DNA of 64,000 nucleotides, taken from Eledone cirrhosa. Its lineage: Eukaryota. The notes below the pieces were generated by a model that had not been told where the DNA came from, searched no databases, and saw nothing but the letters and a program-made list of their open reading frames with translations. Numbering within the stretch: the first letter of the stretch is position 1; the number at the start of each line of letters is the position of its first letter. This document shows positions 1 to 13,900 of this stretch, piece by piece. The stretch is taken from positions 339,884,001 to 339,948,000 of the forward strand of contig OZ024743.1 of the NCBI GenBank assembly GCA_964016885.1, in the 5' to 3' direction. Made by a program: the position numbers and the translations under genes.

Positions 1-242
1 CTACCAGTATTTGACAAATGTGTCTATCAATGCGACTTCTTCTGTCTAATTTCCCTGTACATCTACTGCATACATAGTTTTCCCTACCTGTTAGTTTGCC
101 TGCTATCCCACTACATCTCTTGTCTACCCAAAATTTGCATTGTGTACATTTTATAGAGTTTATGCCACCTCCTTTTCTACATATCCAACGTGGCCATTTC
201 CCAGATGGAATCAGAGTTTTGTTCTCTTTTCTACTTATCAAG
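1..242 (-). mobile_element. Degenerate RTE LINE fragment (PHD-insert region of the RT), same family as the 56.9-60.6 kb element
   Basis: Minus strand reads LISRKENKTLIPSGKWPRWICRKGGGINSIKCTQCKFWVDKRCSGIAGKLTGRENYVCSRC. This is colinear with VCRKENKAAVPSGKWPCSVCRKGVGRNSILCPKCKVWVHKRCSGITGKLTKNIDFTCGRC at ~59113-59292. Confidence 0.9.
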
Positions 243-600
243 ATATATATATATATCTATATTCATTTAGTGATAAACTAATTATGCAATCCAAACCTGA
301 TGATGTCGCCAGGATCTTACGTAACAAGGCCATTGAAATATATATATAGTGTTTTTTGCAACAATAAAACTTTAAAGGAATATTACCAGTAAGGCCTCCT
401 GTTATTTAAATCAAATTAATAGGGGTAGACACTGAGCAGGATGGTTGGATAACATCCATGAGTTGGCTGGCCTCGCTTGAGTATCTAGTCGTATCAATTG
501 GAGACAGTTGCTTCTGACAGGACCCACTGGAAGGAATGTTTGAGGGCTCTGCCCCCACGGCCCACTCAGGATTAAGTGGGTGAAGAAGATATATATATAT

Positions 601-849
601 CAGGGTTGGTGGAACTAGGGGGTAGGGGTGGAGAAGAAGGACCCCCCCCCCCCCCCCAATAATAACTTTTGTCTCTCCAAACTACCAAAACACACATCTA
701 TTTGTATATGCGCTACAATTTATGTAGATGTTATGTTTATCGCATATCGAAGTTTTTTATATGTAGGTTGATATTTGTTTATAAAAGATAAACTAATCAC
801 AACTAAATCGACCCCCCCCCCCTCGTTTAGAAACGTTTCCAACGCCCCT
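601..849. mobile_element. Degenerate MITE-like DNA element within (TA)n
   Basis: Imperfect inverted ends (cagggttggtggaa / tttccaacgcccct), with TA runs on both sides. Confidence 0.4.
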
Positions 850-1539
850 ATATATATATATATAGCGTTGGTCTGGAGAAAGGGCCTTTGCTGATAGTTA
901 TATATAAGACAGCCAAAAGTTATATGTATCGGCGAGTTAACTGCCGATAAACTGATGCGTCTAAACAAACAAAAAATACGTTATATTTATTCTGCCCGAA
1001 TAAATGTTTCCTTGGCTCTCATCATCGTTAATCTAGTAGTTGGTTCGTTGTAAATCAACGAAACTATTTGTTCCCAAAATACATGATATAATATAAAAAC
1101 ATCTATTAGATAATGTGATCGATTCATACCCCACCCGTTTTTTCTTTAACATAATGTATGACAGCCTATTTTACCCAACTTGTCTTTCACTTATTCTCAA
1201 TAATCAGAGTGTGATTTGAGTCAGATTTGGCTGCTATTTTTAGCATGCAGAGCATCCCGATAGCGGACGTTCTTATATATATATATGCGTATTTGTGGCA
1301 GTATTTCAAATATGTGCATATTCCAAATATATAATATCCCTCAAACAGCTTGCACTGTGGGACATTCTCTTCATTAGTTGTCAAATGGAAATTTCAACTA
1401 TTTTGGCATCTTCTGAATATATAATTTTACAAATGTTTGATTGTGATATATAGCCGTAACCAGTGGTAACAGAGAACAACTACATGTAGAACTATGTTGC
1501 TTTATATTTGGAGGATAAATTACCGGCTTCTATGGATAT

Positions 1540-1915
1540 TATCGCACTTATATGGCGGAAAATACAATATATATAAAATAAATGTATAAATAAGAGATCT
1601 AACAATTTAAATTGCTGCCTTATTTTGCAATTAACAAAAAAAGTTGTTTACCATCGTTGCTCCGATTGTCCTGCCGGAAATCAATGCTCAGAACTGTTAC
1701 GAGACTACATACAAAGAGTCATGTGTTGCGTTAAAAATAATTATTATAATTTCTTCTTTTTAAATAATTTAAAAATATTTATTTTACTATCTTAACTATA
1801 TTTTACTTATAATAATTACACATTTAAACATATTTTTCGAAAAAACATTATTTTAGTTTTTTTTTAGTTGGAGGCTAGCATATTCCGGGCGTGGACAGTG
1901 ATAAAATGGCTGCTT
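1540..1915 (+). promoter_or_regulatory. CpG-retaining promoter / 5' region of eIF4B
   Basis: CpG-rich relative to the gene body. Motifs: YY1-like ATGGCGG (~1552) and AAAATGGCTGC over the start codon, ETS-like CCGGAAAT (~1674), ZNF143-like GACTACA (~1703). Confidence 0.5.
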
Positions 1916-1918
1916 CGG
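1906..1918 (+). CDS. EIF4B: eIF4B exon 1 (MAAS/G)
   Basis: aaaATGGCTGCTTCGG|gtaagt. The N-terminus MAAS matches vertebrate eIF4B; phase 1. Confidence 0.88.
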
Positions 1919-4900
1919 GTAAGTGCATGCTTGTACCTTCTTCAAACTAGTCTCTATTTTTTTAAAGCAATGAAAGTGTTGTATGATTTGTAATTTTTCC
2001 CTTTTTATAATCTTAAATATATTATTTATTTCTTTTTAAAAGTATTCCTTTACCCATTACAAATATACTTGAAGTCTAATTTTAAAATTCTATAACGATA
2101 TTCATGTCTTCATGAAACCCACACGTTGACGTGTTTCTCGGCACGCACACTCACACACATACTCTCACTTGCTCGTTTTCTAACCCGGTTTTCTTCGTTT
2201 TATAACGGCTTTTTCGTTTAAAACACAAATTTTGGAAAATATAAATAGATCTATATGTTTAAAAAAACAACAGCTATACAAAATTCCTTAATTTCACATT
2301 AGGAACTATGTGTGAATTTTTGTTCCTTATTTTAATCGAATATTTGAAGAGCCAAAAAATTCTCGATACTCTAAAATTCAAGATTGAACATTTTAAAATA
2401 ATAGGAATTTTTATGGATAGGGTTATGATCCTAAAATAAAAAAAAATATTTGCATGAATAATAGAACTATGTATCGACGGCCTCACCTAAAATATTCTTT
2501 TAAAAAGTGAAGCCCAATCAGCATAGAATGGTTTAGAGCTTTTAGTCGACAGCTGTGTTCTAGCTCTTGCAATTCCTAACTTTCTCGGTGCTCTAATAGT
2601 CACTTGCCTGCCATAATTACACAGATCACGAACAGTTAACGAGCCTTCATTGTTATTACTACCATTTCTTTATTTTAACTTTCAGTGAGGGATTCTAGAA
2701 TTCTGACTTTGGTAAACTACTGAAGCTGTATGAAATTATTTAACTCTAAATAAATTCATAACACCCAGGAAAATAATAATCGTTACTAGTTATTTTTGTT
2801 CACAACCTACGCGAACCTTCGCTTAAGCTGTGTTGTATATCTGAGCTTAAAATACTTGAAATCTCATTATGCCTGCATTTTTGTTCAAAACCTCTCGCAA
2901 TTCCATTAATTGTTGCTTTCTTGTGATGTCCTTTTTTCCCTTCTTGGTTTAAACCTTTCATTATATACTACTTATTTGCTTTTTGCGTGATGAATTTTCA
3001 ACACTATAGACTTCAGATTTAGTGGCTTCTCTCTGCACACACACTTCAACTTCATTCCGATGGCGTTTACTTGTAACTGCGTGTGTGACATCAATCCATG
3101 GCTTTCTCCAGTTGAAAACGATGGTATTTTTCTGCTGACTCTCTTTTTAACATTGCCGTCGATTTCTAAGTTTCATTCCGTCTAATCTATTAATTTCCAC
3201 AATCAACTGCCTGAAAAACATTATCGACCATAGACTTGCTTCACATTTGTTCAGCCCAATTTGGCAACTTAATACAACAAATACTTATGATTGCATCAAA
3301 AATTGATGACGTTCATGATAAAGACTGAAGTTATTAGCTTTTATAGGTTATATAGTACAGCAACAATCTTTTGGGATTTATGCTTTTATTTATATTGCGT
3401 TCATTTTTGTTTGATATTTCAAGTTGGATTCTATCTTTTATAAAATTTCTCACCTTCAAAGTGTTGCGTTAATTATAAATCATTAATCCTTCTATTTTAT
3501 ATAGCGATTCTATTTATAGTAACTTGTAACTTATGAGCTAAAACTGCTTAACTAATATAGGAAGGGGAGACAGGTATTGAAATATCTCCCGCGTCTTATA
3601 ATCTGTCATATGATGATTGTCTCTTCTAACTTCTGTTAGTTTCAACAGAGAAGGAATCGGAGTTTATCGCATTACCCTTGATCCACCTCTCTCTCTTCCT
3701 CTCTCCCTTTAACTCTCCTGTCGTTTTCGCGGAAAAAATAATGGCGGAAATTTTCTTGCTCTGACACGTGTTCCCGATTAGCATCGCAATAAAAGGCCTT
3801 CAAAATTTGTAGTTTTTTTATGTTTAAGTGTAAATGGTAAGATACATAAAGTTGTCAGTTTGTTTAGTTTGGGTTTCAATTTATTTTTAGTTGTATTAGT
3901 TAAGATATGACCTAACGTATGGCGTAAAGCATCATGTTAAAACAGTTCCAATAATGAATTATATTGAAGCATGACACTAAACAAACTTACATTTTGTCTA
4001 AATTGTTAACTTAATTTTATACAATATAATATTTAACTAACAGAAGTCTAGACACAAGCAAACATATTCTAACTTTTTTTTCACATCTACCGTTTATGAC
4101 AACGTGCATCAGTCGACTTTAGTTAAGTTCACTAAGATTCCTTTTATATTTTTCTTGATGAAATTATTAATTTCCCTTTTTTTTTTTCGTGTTGCAATAA
4201 ACCTTCATTCAATTTAATCCCTTTTAAAGAAGCAGATTATTCGACGCTTCGTTTTCAGAGTCCACATGAAACTAATAAGAGTGTTTACCTTGTCAAAAAT
4301 GAAGGTGAACAGCGTTTTCTTTCGCCCCCTCTCCCCCAAAATGAAATTATTAAGAAACAATGGTATTCAATCATGATTCTAGTAAACAATTGATAATTGC
4401 ACTGATTAGGTACTATAAAGACTCTAGTGTAACGTTCTCAGTAATTCATTTGGATCCACCATCTCCAATTTCGTTTGTCTAACCTGTCTTAGTGTATTAG
4501 AATCTCAACAAACCTCCACACTTAAAATAATCCGATACGTTTTGTACTCGATATAAATCCACCGGGTTTTACGTACTTTTTTTTCCTGTTATGGATTGCA
4601 CTAGACTTTTAAGGTACGGATTTTTAGATGTCTAACCACCGAGTAGCGAGATCTCTGTTTATGCGGAACGTTAAATTATCCAATCGCTCCTGAATGTTCT
4701 TTTGAGATTAAAACTTCCAATATTATTCTGAACACATTTGACGAATCAGAATACGATAGTAAATAAATAGCCCTGGACGATATACAGTTTGAATCTCTTA
4801 AATTCAACAACCTTGGGACCTGATCATTACTGAACTAGAGAAAATGCTGGAAAACATTGATTCCTTAGAAGAGACTATGTAAATATAGTCTTCCTATCTC

Positions 4901-7900
4901 GTTCCATATATATATACTGGTGCTCTATCAAATCTAGAACAAAGTTAAAAACGGCAAATAGTTCAATTATGCTTCCAAAGGACAGATTTGTAATGTGCCA
5001 GACCATGAAAAAGTTCAACCTTTATAAGAAATGAGTATCTTTAAGAGGTTCTGATTTTTCAGACTTGTTACAGGCCACTAAGGCAACTAACTTTTTTTTT
5101 TTTTTGTCAATAGTTTCCCATTGATTTATTGTTATTCATCTATTGATCTACAGGCACTGGTATCGCTGTGTGATTAAGAAGTTTACTTTGAAATTACTTG
5201 GTCTTAGGTTCTATTCCACTGCATGGCACTTTAGATGAATGTCATCTACTATAGCCTTCTGAGTGAATTTAGTAGATGGAAACTGTAAAGAATCTTGTGT
5301 TTGTTCTCTTTGTATTTAACATCACAACTTATATTCTTTATCATAAAATGATAATAAAACTTTGTAATACAGGTTATTAAAATCTGTTGGGTAGTTGTTG
5401 AATAGTATTGTATAAGTAATAAACAATGAAAATTATTGAAGGGGTGAGTGAGTTTGGCATGTTGATGAAATTGTAAAGGAGTAATGTCACTATATTGTTG
5501 GTTGATTTTAAAGTTAGTTAAATGGTGTAGACCTTGTACTTAAATTGACTTGCCAATTTAATTATATATAGCTGCACTGGACATCTCAGGTTAATGAGCA
5601 AATTATTTATACACACGTCGTCATTGTTTTTGTGTCCAGTTTTCAATGCTGGTATGAATTGGACGCAATGTTTTGAGACAATGTTTTACACCCAGGAGCT
5701 CATTCTGACACCAGCCCTTATAACCACCACTTATGATGAGCTATTTATTTTAAGTTTTTTATATAGTTTTAATTACCCATTAAATTTAAACATATTTGGG
5801 CAATGCAACTGGTGTGGTTAATTATCATTTACAGTATAGTCTAACCCAGAAGCTCTTTCTGGCACCACCTCTTTTAGCCATCACTTATGACGAGCTATTT
5901 ATTTTTATATAGTTTTAATTACCCATTAAATTTAAACACTTGGGCAATGCAACTGGTGTGGCTAATTCTCATTTACAGTATAGTCTAACCCTTACGAGCA
6001 TGGAATGTGGACATTACATGATGATGGCTATGACGTTTTGTTTGTTTGAAAGGTCTTTTGTGTCTGATTTTAATGATGTTTCTCATAGAATTTAACAGTA
6101 GAGAAGAGAAAGAAAAGGAAGTTTATTGTTATGTGCATAATGTAATTTGATATCAGTAATTAAACAACTACATGGCTGGAATATTCCTGTTTTACATGTT
6201 GCCAGTTTCCATGTGGTTTTTCATAACTTGCTAAATGGAGACAAATAACTTTATTATCTTGGAGACAAATTCATCATCATCTGTTCTATGTCTGCTTTTC
6301 CATACTGGAATGGGTTGAACTCTGTGTGTGTGTATATATATATATATATACAGGGTTATTCAAAAAGAATGAACCGATTTCATTGCGCATTGCTTCTGTT
6401 ATCAAGCATCGTCATGGAATGAGTCAGTGACCATTTGAAAGAGGAATTTTCTAAGTTTTGAATGGCTACCACAGGGGCGCTATAGTCGTGTTGTTCCTCT
6501 GGCAACATTCAGTTGTTTGTTTACCCTCAACAAAAGGAGTTCACGAAAATAAATTTGGTTGTCACTGTGCAGCATGCTTTTCGAAAACAATTCAACATCA
6601 ATCCACCCTCTCCTAAGAGCATTCGACGGTGGTTTCAAGAGGGTGGGTGTCTAAAAGAAAAAGTCCAGGACGACCACGAGTTTCGGAGGAACAAGTGGCG
6701 AGAATCTGTGCTGCGTTTGAGGGGAGCTCGCGGAAGTCCACAAATCAAGCTAGCCGTGAGCTTGCGATCCCTCAATCCACTATCTGGCGTGTGCTAAGAA
6801 AACATCTACATTTGAAACCATACAGACTACGCCTTGTTCAGGCACTTACCAATGATGACAAGAAGTGGATGGAATTTTGCGAATCGATGCTGGAGATGAT
6901 GGAAAACAAAACCATCATTTCACGTTTAATTTTTAGTGATGAAGCGACTTTTCACTTGAGCAGCACAGTCAATCTTCACAATGTGCGTATTTGGGGCACA
7001 GAGCACCCACATGAAACAGTTGAGCATGAAAGAGATTCCCCTAAGGTGAACGTCTTCTGTGCTGTGTCTCAGGACAAAGTTTGTTGTCCCTTTTTCTTTG
7101 AAGGAAACACCGTTACAGGACAAACTACCTCGATATGCTCCAAAATTTTTTCTTGTGGGGATATATAAAAAATCGCGTTTATGATCCACCACTACCCACG
7201 AACCTCGATGACCGTAAACATCGAATATGTGATATGCTGATACACGTCTGGGAGGAATTCTCTTATCGCATTGATGTTGGTGTGCTGCAGGTGGTGGCCA
7301 TATTGAACACTTGTAAGACAGGAAATAAAAGTTGATTGTGAGTAGAATACTTGTGACTTAGCTGGAGTTTTCTATTGCTTTTCCTTATTAAAATATTGCG
7401 TAATGAAATCGGTTCATTCTTTTTGAATAACCCTGTATATATATAGTATATATATATACACACACACACATGCTCACATTTTTACTCATTTATGGCCATA
7501 TTTCTATTGAAATATATTATATTTTAATTTATAAAGAATTGGGGGGTGGGATTTACTATAATTATTTCATTATTAAGATGGGATGGATTGGCAGTATCGG
7601 TAGAGGGTCAGACGCCATGCTTTCCAGCATAGTTACGTCCCTTTACGATCTGAGTTCAAATCCCGCCGAAGTTGACTTTGCCTTTCATCCTTACGGGGTT
7701 GATAAAATAAAGTACCAGTAATGCACTGGATAATTGCTGGCCTTGTGCCTAAAGTAGAAACAATTATTAAGATGGTATATGTAACAAAAGATTCTTGTAT
7801 CTATTTATATTAGAAAATATTTACTTTAAATAGGAACTCTTTAAAATGGGCAGTTTTGTTTCATAGATTTTGGTGGCTTGGTATTAAACCAGTTAATGTA

Positions 7901-10900
7901 GATCTTAGTCCATGTCTCATTGAGTAGAGCAACTAAATTGGAAGAGTCTGTATTGCTTTTGTCAATTGAAATCATTAATAACTGACTAGACTGATCTATC
8001 TGTCAAAAACAGTATGCTGTGGGTGTGAAGAAAATATCTCAGGTGTGTACTTTGTTGGAAATACCAATTGGACATTCTTGAGAGGGGCTAAATAGTCAGC
8101 TGATTACACATTACTACCTGCACTGTCTGGCCTACAAAATCCACTTGCTTTCTGTAGTGGGCCCTGACTGGTTATTTGCTGGCAAACACTGAATAGAACC
8201 TCATAGGATTGTTGGGGTTCTCTGATATTGCATGACCTTACACCATATGGATGTCTTGCATGACTGTGGTTAACCCTTTTCATACTATGCCTATTTAAAA
8301 TTTGTTTTTAAACACCAACTTAAAAAATCATGCAGTGTCTTTCATTAGAAATATGGTAATAAAAGGGTTAAAGAGTTCACTTGGCAACTACATGGTTGCA
8401 GATTTTGATGTCACTTCTTGGCCAAACTCATGTGATTGGAATTTGGTTAATAGAGACTATGTAGAAACTTGCAAAGTGTGACGATTTCTGTTCTTGGGCA
8501 ACAGACAATCCATCACCACGTTTAATACTACCACGTATTCCTCTCATCAGATGTAGCTTCTGAAAAATCATTGGCACTGTCCACATCTGGCCTTGCCAGA
8601 TGTAAATTTCAGTTTCTCTTTTTATTTCCTGTCTTTGGTAACTCTAGAGGTGTTCAAACTTATGATAGAAAGAATCACTGTACATTAGTATACAGTTCAT
8701 TAGTTAACACAAACACAGCCTTAATGAAGGTCTACAGAATTGGGAGTTCAGAGTAGCAACAGCGACTTATAAACAGTAGTTTTTGTTCCACAACTTCATT
8801 ACGTAATGCTTTTTTTACCATTTCATCCATTTTATAGTTTCAACAAGTTTCTCAAATTTTTGTTTACTTCTGGCCATTCATGCTAGTAGTAGTATTTTGA
8901 AAGGAAGAGATTGAATAAGAGAACTTTATATGGGGATTCATGGAGTGCAAGAGCAATAAAACACAAACTAGAAATAAGATTTTAATCTTACTTAAGATTG
9001 AAAGAAAACTTATTAAGTCAGAAAAACAGTCTGCATGTGTGCATAGGGATATTTATGTATTAAAATGTTCAAATTATAAAAATTTGTTGGAAATATTTTC
9101 ATAAATAACATTAATGATGATGTAAAATAAACACTACAGATATTTTAGTACCTTATGTAGAATTTGAAGTGACCTGAATATAAAGCCCCTCCCCTAATTT
9201 ACCATTAAAAAAAAAACATATTTCTCGGTTTATATATAAGTATATATGGTACACATAATGGGCTTCATGTAGTTTCCATCTACCAATTTCATTCACAAAG
9301 CTTTGGTCAGTCTGTGGTTATAGTAAATACATTTGTCCAGGATATCATCATGCAGCAGGATTATACAGCAAGTTATCTTATTGGGGTACAACAGGAGATA
9401 TCTCATGATTGGGACTTAAAAGGTTATGTGAAGTATATCTTTGCATGGTTGTGGTTTTAATGGCATGGTGATAGAGTTCAGTATATTTCTCATGATTGGT
9501 TTCTTTCTATTTATTATTGCTCTTTTGTTATACTTATCAAGCTAGGCACCTCATTCAAACTGTGTTCTTGTTAAATCAAATCTGCAAAGTTATCTTACTT
9601 TACCTGTAACATTGCACTTCAAGAAGTGCATGAATTTTACAGCATAAATTTTTTGTTCATTTTCTGTGTGAAACATTTATTTTGTAAATTCAAACTTATC
9701 TCCTTATTCAGGTAAAAAACAGAAGAAGCGGAAAGGAAAGACCTGTAGTTTAAATGACTTTCTGGCGGATGAACCAAGTGGGTTACCTGGGGGACCAGGT
9801 AGCAATATTGTACGATCAAGGCAGTCAGGAAATTCTTGGGCAGAAGAAGCTGCAAGTCTAGACCTTGATGGCAAGTATATTCAGGAATAGACATTATTTT
9901 GTAAAACATTTCATAGGAGAAAGATGTAGATTTTTTTTTTTCTTTAGTACCTTCTTAAGATTGTTTTTTGCCTTTCAAATATTGTAATGTCACATTTTCT
10001 CGATATTTAGATGAAATTGTGACAGCATTATATCGGGTGTCAAATTTGAAGAATCCTGAAAGCTCTCAGCAATCTGAGTACAAATCCAACTGAGGACCGA
10101 TAAAGAAAGTAATGGTCCAGTGTGGTGTATTGGCGGAATTATTTGAGCAATATGCAGAATGTCTTGTATCTGTTTCAGCTTTGTGCATTCCGAATTCAGA
10201 TCCCACTCTTTGTCACCAAATGATGATATAAGACTAAAGTTCTTATCATTAAAGCACCCAACAAACCTGTGATTTGCAGCAACATAGGAGACCAGCTAAA
10301 GCTTGTTGGTATAAACTGTATAGTTTATCACCAAATATTAATACATCAATGAAGTGTATGACAAAATAGTGTATATTATGTCATTTTATCTGGGTGTGTG
10401 TAAAGTCAATTTTTTTATAGTAATATTTAGTATAAAATTCAAAAGATTGCCATGATAGGCTTTATATTCATCATGGGATCCTTTTTGAGGCAATGTTTTA
10501 TGGCTGGATGCTTTTCCTAGTACCAACTCTTTTGAGTCACCTTTTATGACATTAAAAAATGTCCCAAATTTCAAAATAGTCCTATATTTCTGTAGCTTGA
10601 TATAAAAGTTTGATTGTAACATATGTGTTCAGCTGTGGCAGAACCACATCTAGCCAAGCTTTGTAGCTGACACTCTTATGGACACAATGAGAAAGAAAGA
10701 TCAAATATACCTATCAACTGGAAATATCTGAAATTTGAAAGACATCAGCTTTTTTTTTTTATAACAAATCACATGACGCCCCTAGTTCTATGATACAAAG
10801 CCATTTGTTTTAGAGTGTTTATATTCATCTAAGCACATATAATGTTATGTAAGAACTTTTAATTTACACTCCAGATAATATAACTCAAGATAAATAATGA

Positions 10901-13900
10901 TAAATTTGTTGAATATAATTAAAAATATAGTAATGAAAGGATTAACATTTTAGTTTCCATTTACTATTTTTGTTTATTGTGGTGTTTACCAAATATTGGA
11001 TGTAGTCAGGTAGAATAATTTTTTCATGTGAACCAAAAATTTGCTTGTCTAAGTTCCTCAGAATTTCATGATGAATAGGTTGTTTTGATTTTATTTCAAG
11101 GGTATTTTCTTCTTTTAGGGAAAGATTTTGGCGATATTCCCTATAAAGCTGTTATTGACCGTTCTATGCTGCCAACAGCACCAAGGGCAGCACGAGGTCC
11201 TGATATTAATCTTGATAGTATCCCAAAAGTGGGCCCATTTATAGCATATATTGGAAATCTACCGTATGATATCGAGCAAGACAAGGTGGCTAAATTTTTT
11301 TCGAAGCTGAAGGTAAGACTTTGAAAAAATGGATTCTTAATTTACCTATGCAGGTAATTTTTGTGATTTTTATTTCATATTAAATACATATTTAAGCATC
11401 TGATTTACCAAATTAATTTCATTGTTAGGTATCTGAAATCATCTTGCCAGTTGACAAAGGATCACGTGGATTTGGTTATGTTCACTTCTCTGACAAAGAA
11501 TCTCTTGTAGAAGCACTATCCATGAATGATGATGTAAGTTATTTGATTATTTTCCTCAGAAATATGAATTTCTTTGTCATGCTAAGTTTTATAAAAAGAA
11601 AAACTATAAATTCTAATTATTGGCCATATGACAAGTAAATAGTAGCAGTACAGAAATAAATAATCTGGAAATTAGCATGGTCAAAACAACAGCACTCAGT
11701 GTTGTTGTATTTTTCAAATTATAAGATATCTTTATTTTGAAGAAAAAATAATCCATTAATTGAGGGTATAGTAAACTATGCTTGCCTATTTATTATAGAT
11801 ATACAGATATACATTGCTTGTATATATTATATGGCAGTTGCTTGCATGTCATACAAATGCTTTACAGTATTTGTTGTGGCTCTTTACATTCTAAATTCAA
11901 ATCCCATCAAGATCAACTTTGCCTTTCATCCTTTTGGAGTTAATAAAATAAAGTACCAGTCAAGTAATGGGGTCAATTTTAATCAACTTTCCCCTTCCCA
12001 TCAAATTGTTCACCATTATTCATACTTTTAGGGTGAAATTTGTATGAGATTATTGATAAACTGCTTTATTTCTATCATGTAGCATTGTTCTTATGATTCA
12101 TTTTATAAATAACTAGCAGAATGGCCCGGTGTTGCTTGGGATTCTAAACATAGATTGTCATGTTTATCCCTCCTTTCTGAAACAGTACAGAGAAGTACGA
12201 AATAACTCGGCCTGGGGATGGTGTCTACATTTTGTGCTTATAAAAAAAAATTTGTCGTAGATTACCAGGGGTTTAACTTAATTGGGTGCCTGAGGGTAAA
12301 ATGTTAACCCACGAAAGCCAAGACGATAGGGTTAAGTAAAAAGGCATTCAACAAACCGAACATGTATTTGTTGTGCTATGGTACAATGAAAGCAATAGTT
12401 ACAGAGCAGTAAGCATGCGGGTCTGCAGTGGTGGAGAGCATGAAGGAATTTAGTTGGATACTTTTAAGGTTACATGCCCTAATGCAACCAAAATGCTTCA
12501 AAAAATTGGTTTTTCGCCTAATGCGGTCCCTGGGGCAAAAGAGAAAACCTTTTTTGCTCAAAATACTTTAACCCTTTAGCATTCACATTAATTTTCAAAT
12601 GTCATGTTTATCTGTTCACATTATTTTCAGCTAATCATACTCAAGAGGGTTATCAATTTTATTTTGTAATTTTCTTAATTTTCTATGTGCAGGCTTGAAA
12701 TTTTGTCAGATGTTTAAATATCAATAATTTACAATTATATAATTTTATCTGATTTTTTTTTTGGTTAAATTTGACTTCTATGGGTAGGTGAAATTAATTA
12801 ATAGGGGCATTTGAAGTATCAACCAGGTTCAAATACTGGTTTAATTTTAAATACGTTGTTTTCGGCATAATAGTTGATATATAAGGATCACTAAACCTTA
12901 TATCAGTGCTCCAGTAATTCCACAGTCTTGGAAATTGTTTTATACCGAACATAATATTTATGGTAAAAAATGCTTGCATTTCCACAGCATGTCGGTTGGC
13001 ATAACATATCGGGTTTTCCTCGATTTGAAATCTGTTGTTGGACATATCGATTAATCTCTTCTGCCACAACTTCGAAGAAAGTTTGTGGTAAAAACAAAAA
13101 GAAATAATCCAGTGCTTTAGCATCGAGAGCTAATGTGTGTTGTGGACCAGTATTTTGAATAAAATCGGGAACATATATTGGTGTGGTATTTTTCAACCAC
13201 GTTGCTGTAATATCTTCAATGGCGTCCTGGAGGTCTCCTTCGTTTTCACTTTCAAAACAACAATCATCGTTGGATGAAATTTCAGAAATGTAAACATCTG
13301 ATTCATTTGAAGATAAATCACCAATATTATATTTTGTTTCTTGTTCATTCTGAATGTCGTCGTGTGTAAAACCTTCAAAGTCGGTATCACTACTTTCACA
13401 AGCCATGTTGATACACAAAAAATCTGTTCTACTTTCAACGTTAAAAAAACACGTTGTTTTAAGTTGTTTCACTATATTAAGTGTTAATTTTATCGGTAAG
13501 GGCCTAATCTCGAATTTTGATGACGGTATTGTTTATTTTTAGAACAATATTTTAGTGTGGGTGTTATCGGCCAGTTTCGGGCGGATTGAACAAATGAAGG
13601 GGAAATAATTGCAGGCGGTTTGAACAATAAAGGGTTAAACGACATAAGTAATGCAAATTTTGAAGAAATAGCCTGGATTATTGTTCCGTTGTGCCTCAAA
13701 AAAGCCTTTAAAGCCTAAAATATGTGGTTTTTCGCCTAATACGGTCCCTAGGGCATTGAAAATTTGAAATATTTTTTGCTCAAAACACTCACACGGCCAT
13801 AAGTATTACATGTGTAAAGTTTGAAAAGAATCGGTTGGGTGGTTCTCGAGTTTTAGGGGGACAGACAGACAGATATTCTGTTTTAGATATATAGATAGTT

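Noticed and set aside
2975-3150. ~60-codon open frame on the minus strand of intron 1
   Set aside because: No start codon, splice sites or recognisable homology.
5730-6070. Intronic C/D snoRNAs (TGATGA boxes) in a translation-factor host gene
   Set aside because: No properly spaced CTGA D box with a terminal stem; the TGATGA runs belong to repeat tails. A covariance-model search would still be worthwhile.
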